21,453 nucleotides of DNA from a virus (lineage: Duplodnaviria; Heunggongvirae; Uroviricota; Caudoviricetes), in the IMG/VR virus record IMGVR_UViG_2698536428_000001, positions 1 to 21,453 of that record, one strand, 5' to 3'. The notes beneath the pieces were generated by a model. The model saw only the letters and a list, made by a program, of their open reading frames with translations, did not search any database and had not been told where the DNA came from. The first letter of the stretch is position 1. The number at the start of each line of letters is the position of its first letter. Both the position numbers and the translations under genes were made by a program. Of the stretch, positions 15,710 through 21,453 are shown piece after piece.

Positions 15710-16407
15710 TGCAGGATATCCGACAGGAAACACTGAATGAATGCACCCGTGCGGAGCAGTCGGCCAGCGTGGTGCTCTGGGAAATCGATCTGACAGAGGT
15801 TGGTGGAGAACGTTATTTTTTCTGTAATGAGCAGAACGAAAAAGGTGAGCCGGTCACCTGGCAGGGGCGACAGTATCAGGCGTATCCCATTCAGGGGAGT
15901 GGTTTCGAACTGAATGGCAAAGGCACCAGTACGCGCCCCACGCTGACGGTTTCTAACCTGTATGGCATGGTCACCGGGATGGCGGAAGATCTGCAGAGTC
16001 TGGTCGGCGGAACGGTGGTCAGGCGTAAGGTTTATGCCCGTTTTCTGGATGCGGTGAACTTCGTCAACGGAAACAGCGACGCCGATCCGGAGCAGGAGGT
16101 GATTAGCCGCTGGCGCATCGAGCAGTGCAGCGAATTGAGCGCGGTCAGTGCCTCCTTTGTACTGTCCACGCCGACTGAAACGGATGGTGCCGTTTTTCCG
16201 GGGCGCATCATGCTGGCTAATACCTGCACCTGGACCTATCGCGGTGATGAGTGCGGTTATAACGGTCCGGCGGTCGCGGATGAATATGACCAGCCGACGT
16301 CCGATATCACGAAGGATAAATGCAGCAAATGCCTGAGTGGCTGTAAGTTTCGCAATAATGTCGGCAACTTTGGCGGCTTCCTTTCCATTAACAAACTTTC
16401 GCAGTAA
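15709..16407 (+). CDS. L: Tail tip protein gpL
   Basis: 232 aa, MQDIRQETLNECTRAEQSASVVLWEIDLTEVGG…; Cys-rich C-terminus. Confidence 0.88.
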   Translation: MQDIRQETLNECTRAEQSASVVLWEIDLTEVGGERYFFCNEQNEKGEPVTWQGRQYQAYPIQGSGFELNGKGTSTRPTLTVSNLYGMVTGMAEDLQSLVGGTVVRRKVYARFLDAVNFVNGNSDADPEQEVISRWRIEQCSELSAVSASFVLSTPTETDGAVFPGRIMLANTCTWTYRGDECGYNGPAVADEYDQPTSDITKDKCSKCLSGCKFRNNVGNFGGFLSINKLSQ

Positions 16408-16412
16408 ATCCC

Positions 16413-17156
16413 ATGACACAGACAGAATCAGCGATTCTGGCGCACGCCCGGCGATGTGCGCCAGCGGAGTCGTGCGGCTTCGTGGTAAGCACGCCGGAGG
16501 GGGAAAGATATTTCCCCTGCGTGAATATCTCCGGTGAGCCGGAGGCGTATTTCCGTATGTCGCCGGAAGACTGGCTGCAGGCAGAAATGCAGGGTGAGAT
16601 TGTGGCGCTGGTCCACAGCCACCCCGGTGGTCTGCCCTGGCTGAGTGAGGCCGACCGGCGGCTGCAGGTGCAGAGTGATTTGCCGTGGTGGCTGGTCTGC
16701 CGGGGGACGATTCATAAGTTCCGCTGTGTGCCGCATCTCACCGGGCGGCGCTTTGAGCACGGGGTGACGGACTGTTACACGCTGTTCCGGGATGCTTATC
16801 ATCTGGCGGGGATTGAGATGCCGGATTTTCATCGCGAGGATGACTGGTGGCGTCACGGTCAGAATCTCTATCTGGATAATCTGGAGGCCACAGGGCTGTA
16901 TCAGGTGCCGTTGTCATCAGCACAACCGGGCGATGTGCTGCTGTGCTGTTTTGGTTCATCGGTGCCGAATCATGCCGCCATTTACTGTGGTGATGGCGAG
17001 CTGCTGCACCATATTCCTGAACAACTGAGCAAACGAGAGAGGTATACCGACAAATGGCAGCGACGCACACACTCCCTCTGGCGTCACCGGGCATGGCGCG
17101 CATCTGCCTTTACGGGGATTTGCAACGATTTGGCCGCCGCATCGACCTTCGTGTGA
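16413..17156 (+). CDS. K: Tail tip assembly protein gpK (MPN/JAMM plus NlpC/P60-like), long form of 247 aa
   Basis: Continuous ORF from ATG 16413. The lambda-annotated 199-aa K corresponds to the internal ATG at 16557 (MSPEDWLQAEMQ…). JAMM-like motif HSHPGGLPWLSEAD is at aa 68-81 of the long form. 3' end overlaps I by about 100 nt as in lambda. Confidence 0.75.
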   Translation: MTQTESAILAHARRCAPAESCGFVVSTPEGERYFPCVNISGEPEAYFRMSPEDWLQAEMQGEIVALVHSHPGGLPWLSEADRRLQVQSDLPWWLVCRGTIHKFRCVPHLTGRRFEHGVTDCYTLFRDAYHLAGIEMPDFHREDDWWRHGQNLYLDNLEATGLYQVPLSSAQPGDVLLCCFGSSVPNHAAIYCGDGELLHHIPEQLSKRERYTDKWQRRTHSLWRHRAWRASAFTGICNDLAAASTFV

Positions 17157-17725
17157 AAACGGGGGCTGAAGCCATCCGCGCACTGGCCACACAGCTCCCG
17201 ATGTTTCGTCAGAAACTGAGCGACGGCTGGTATCAGGTACGGATTGCCGGGCGGGACGTCAGCACGTCCGGGTTAACGGCGCAGTTACATGAGACTCTGC
17301 CTGATGGCGCTGTGATTCATATTGTTCCCAGAGTCGCCGGGGCCAAGTCAGGTGGCGTATTCCAGATTGTCCTGGGGGCTGCCGCCATTGCCGGATCATT
17401 CTTTACCGCCGGAGCCACCCTTGCAGCATGGGGGGCAGCCATTGGGGCCGGTGGTATGACCGGCATCCTGTTTTCTCTCGGTGCCAGTATGGTGCTCGGT
17501 GGTGTGGCGCAGATGCTGGCACCGAAAGCCAGAACTCCCCGTACACAGACAACGGATAACGGCAAACAGAACACCTATTTCTCCTCCCTGGATAACATGG
17601 TTGCCCAGGGTAATGTTCTGCCGGTTCTGTACGGTGAAATGCGCGTGGGGTCACGCGTGGTTTCTCAGGAGATCAGCACGGCAGACGAAGGGGATGGTGG
17701 TCAGGTTGTGGTGATTGGTCGCTGA
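17054..17725 (+). CDS. I: Tail tip assembly protein gpI
   Basis: 223 aa, MAATHTLPLASPGMARICLYGDLQRFGRRIDLRV…; matches lambda I. Confidence 0.88.
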   Translation: MAATHTLPLASPGMARICLYGDLQRFGRRIDLRVKTGAEAIRALATQLPMFRQKLSDGWYQVRIAGRDVSTSGLTAQLHETLPDGAVIHIVPRVAGAKSGGVFQIVLGAAAIAGSFFTAGATLAAWGAAIGAGGMTGILFSLGASMVLGGVAQMLAPKARTPRTQTTDNGKQNTYFSSLDNMVAQGNVLPVLYGEMRVGSRVVSQEISTADEGDGGQVVVIGR

Positions 17726-17782
17726 TGCAAAATGTTTTATGTGAAACCGCCTCCGGGCGGTTTTATCGTTTATGGAGCATGA

Positions 17783-21184
<3,402 letters not shown>

Positions 21185-21202
21185 ATTTTATAACCCAGAA
21201 CG

Positions 21203-21229
21203 GGCGTCAGAAATGACGCCTTTTTTATT
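21203..21229 (+). terminator. Rho-independent terminator after J
   Basis: Stem GGCGTCA / TGACGCC with GAAA loop followed by TTTTTTATT. Confidence 0.7.
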
Positions 21230-21250
21230 GCAGAAAAGCGAGAGGTAATT

Positions 21251-21453
21251 ATGCGTAAACTTTATGCCGCCATTTTGTCCGCAGCCATTTGTCTGGCCGT
21301 ATCCGGTGCGCCTGCATGGGCATCTGAACATCAGTCCACGCTGAGCGCGGGGTATCTTCATGTCTCGACGAACGTTCCCGGCAGCGATGCTCTGAACGGG
21401 ATTAACGTGAAATACCGTTATGAGTTTACGGACACACTGGGGATGGTGACGTC
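21251..21453 (+). CDS. lom: Outer membrane protein Lom (Ail/Lom family), 3'-partial at window edge
   Basis: MRKLYAAILSAAICLAVSGAPAWASEHQSTLSAGYLHVSTNVPGSD…: signal peptide followed by Lom-like sequence; GAGAGG RBS; runs off the window end. Confidence 0.8.
   Translation, partial: MRKLYAAILSAAICLAVSGAPAWASEHQSTLSAGYLHVSTNVPGSDALNGINVKYRYEFTDTLGMVT

Noticed and set aside
15613-16419. 268-aa ORF on the minus strand
   Set aside because: Antisense to gpL and the start of gpK; no RBS and no recognisable similarity.

Overview
Composite phage-derived locus, most likely from an E. coli-like enterobacterial genome. Left ~5.9 kb (1-5955) is a satellite/PICI-like module: the 3' end of a P4-type primase-helicase gene, an iteron-rich putative origin, a small ORF, an SSB gene and a PerC-like regulator; then a promoter/operator-controlled operon encoding divergent paralogs of the lambda major capsid protein (gpE-like) and decoration protein (gpD-like); then two inverted copies of a lambda-type cosN-containing segment flanking a ~460-bp AT-rich core with two distinct sets of short repeats; then a 93-aa ORF and a palindrome-rich non-coding stretch. 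Right ~15.5 kb (5957-21453) is the bacteriophage lambda morphogenesis region in canonical order (B remnant, C, nu3, D, E, FI, FII, Z, U, V, G/T, H, M, L, K, I, J, start of lom). It matches lambda proteins as I recall them, but the portal gene B is 5'-truncated, protease gene C is split by a frameshift, the FII stop codon is lost, and no terminase genes (nu1/A) or W are present. No tRNA, rRNA, CRISPR array or integrase seen. All homology calls are from reading the translations and from memory of lambda; no database search was run.
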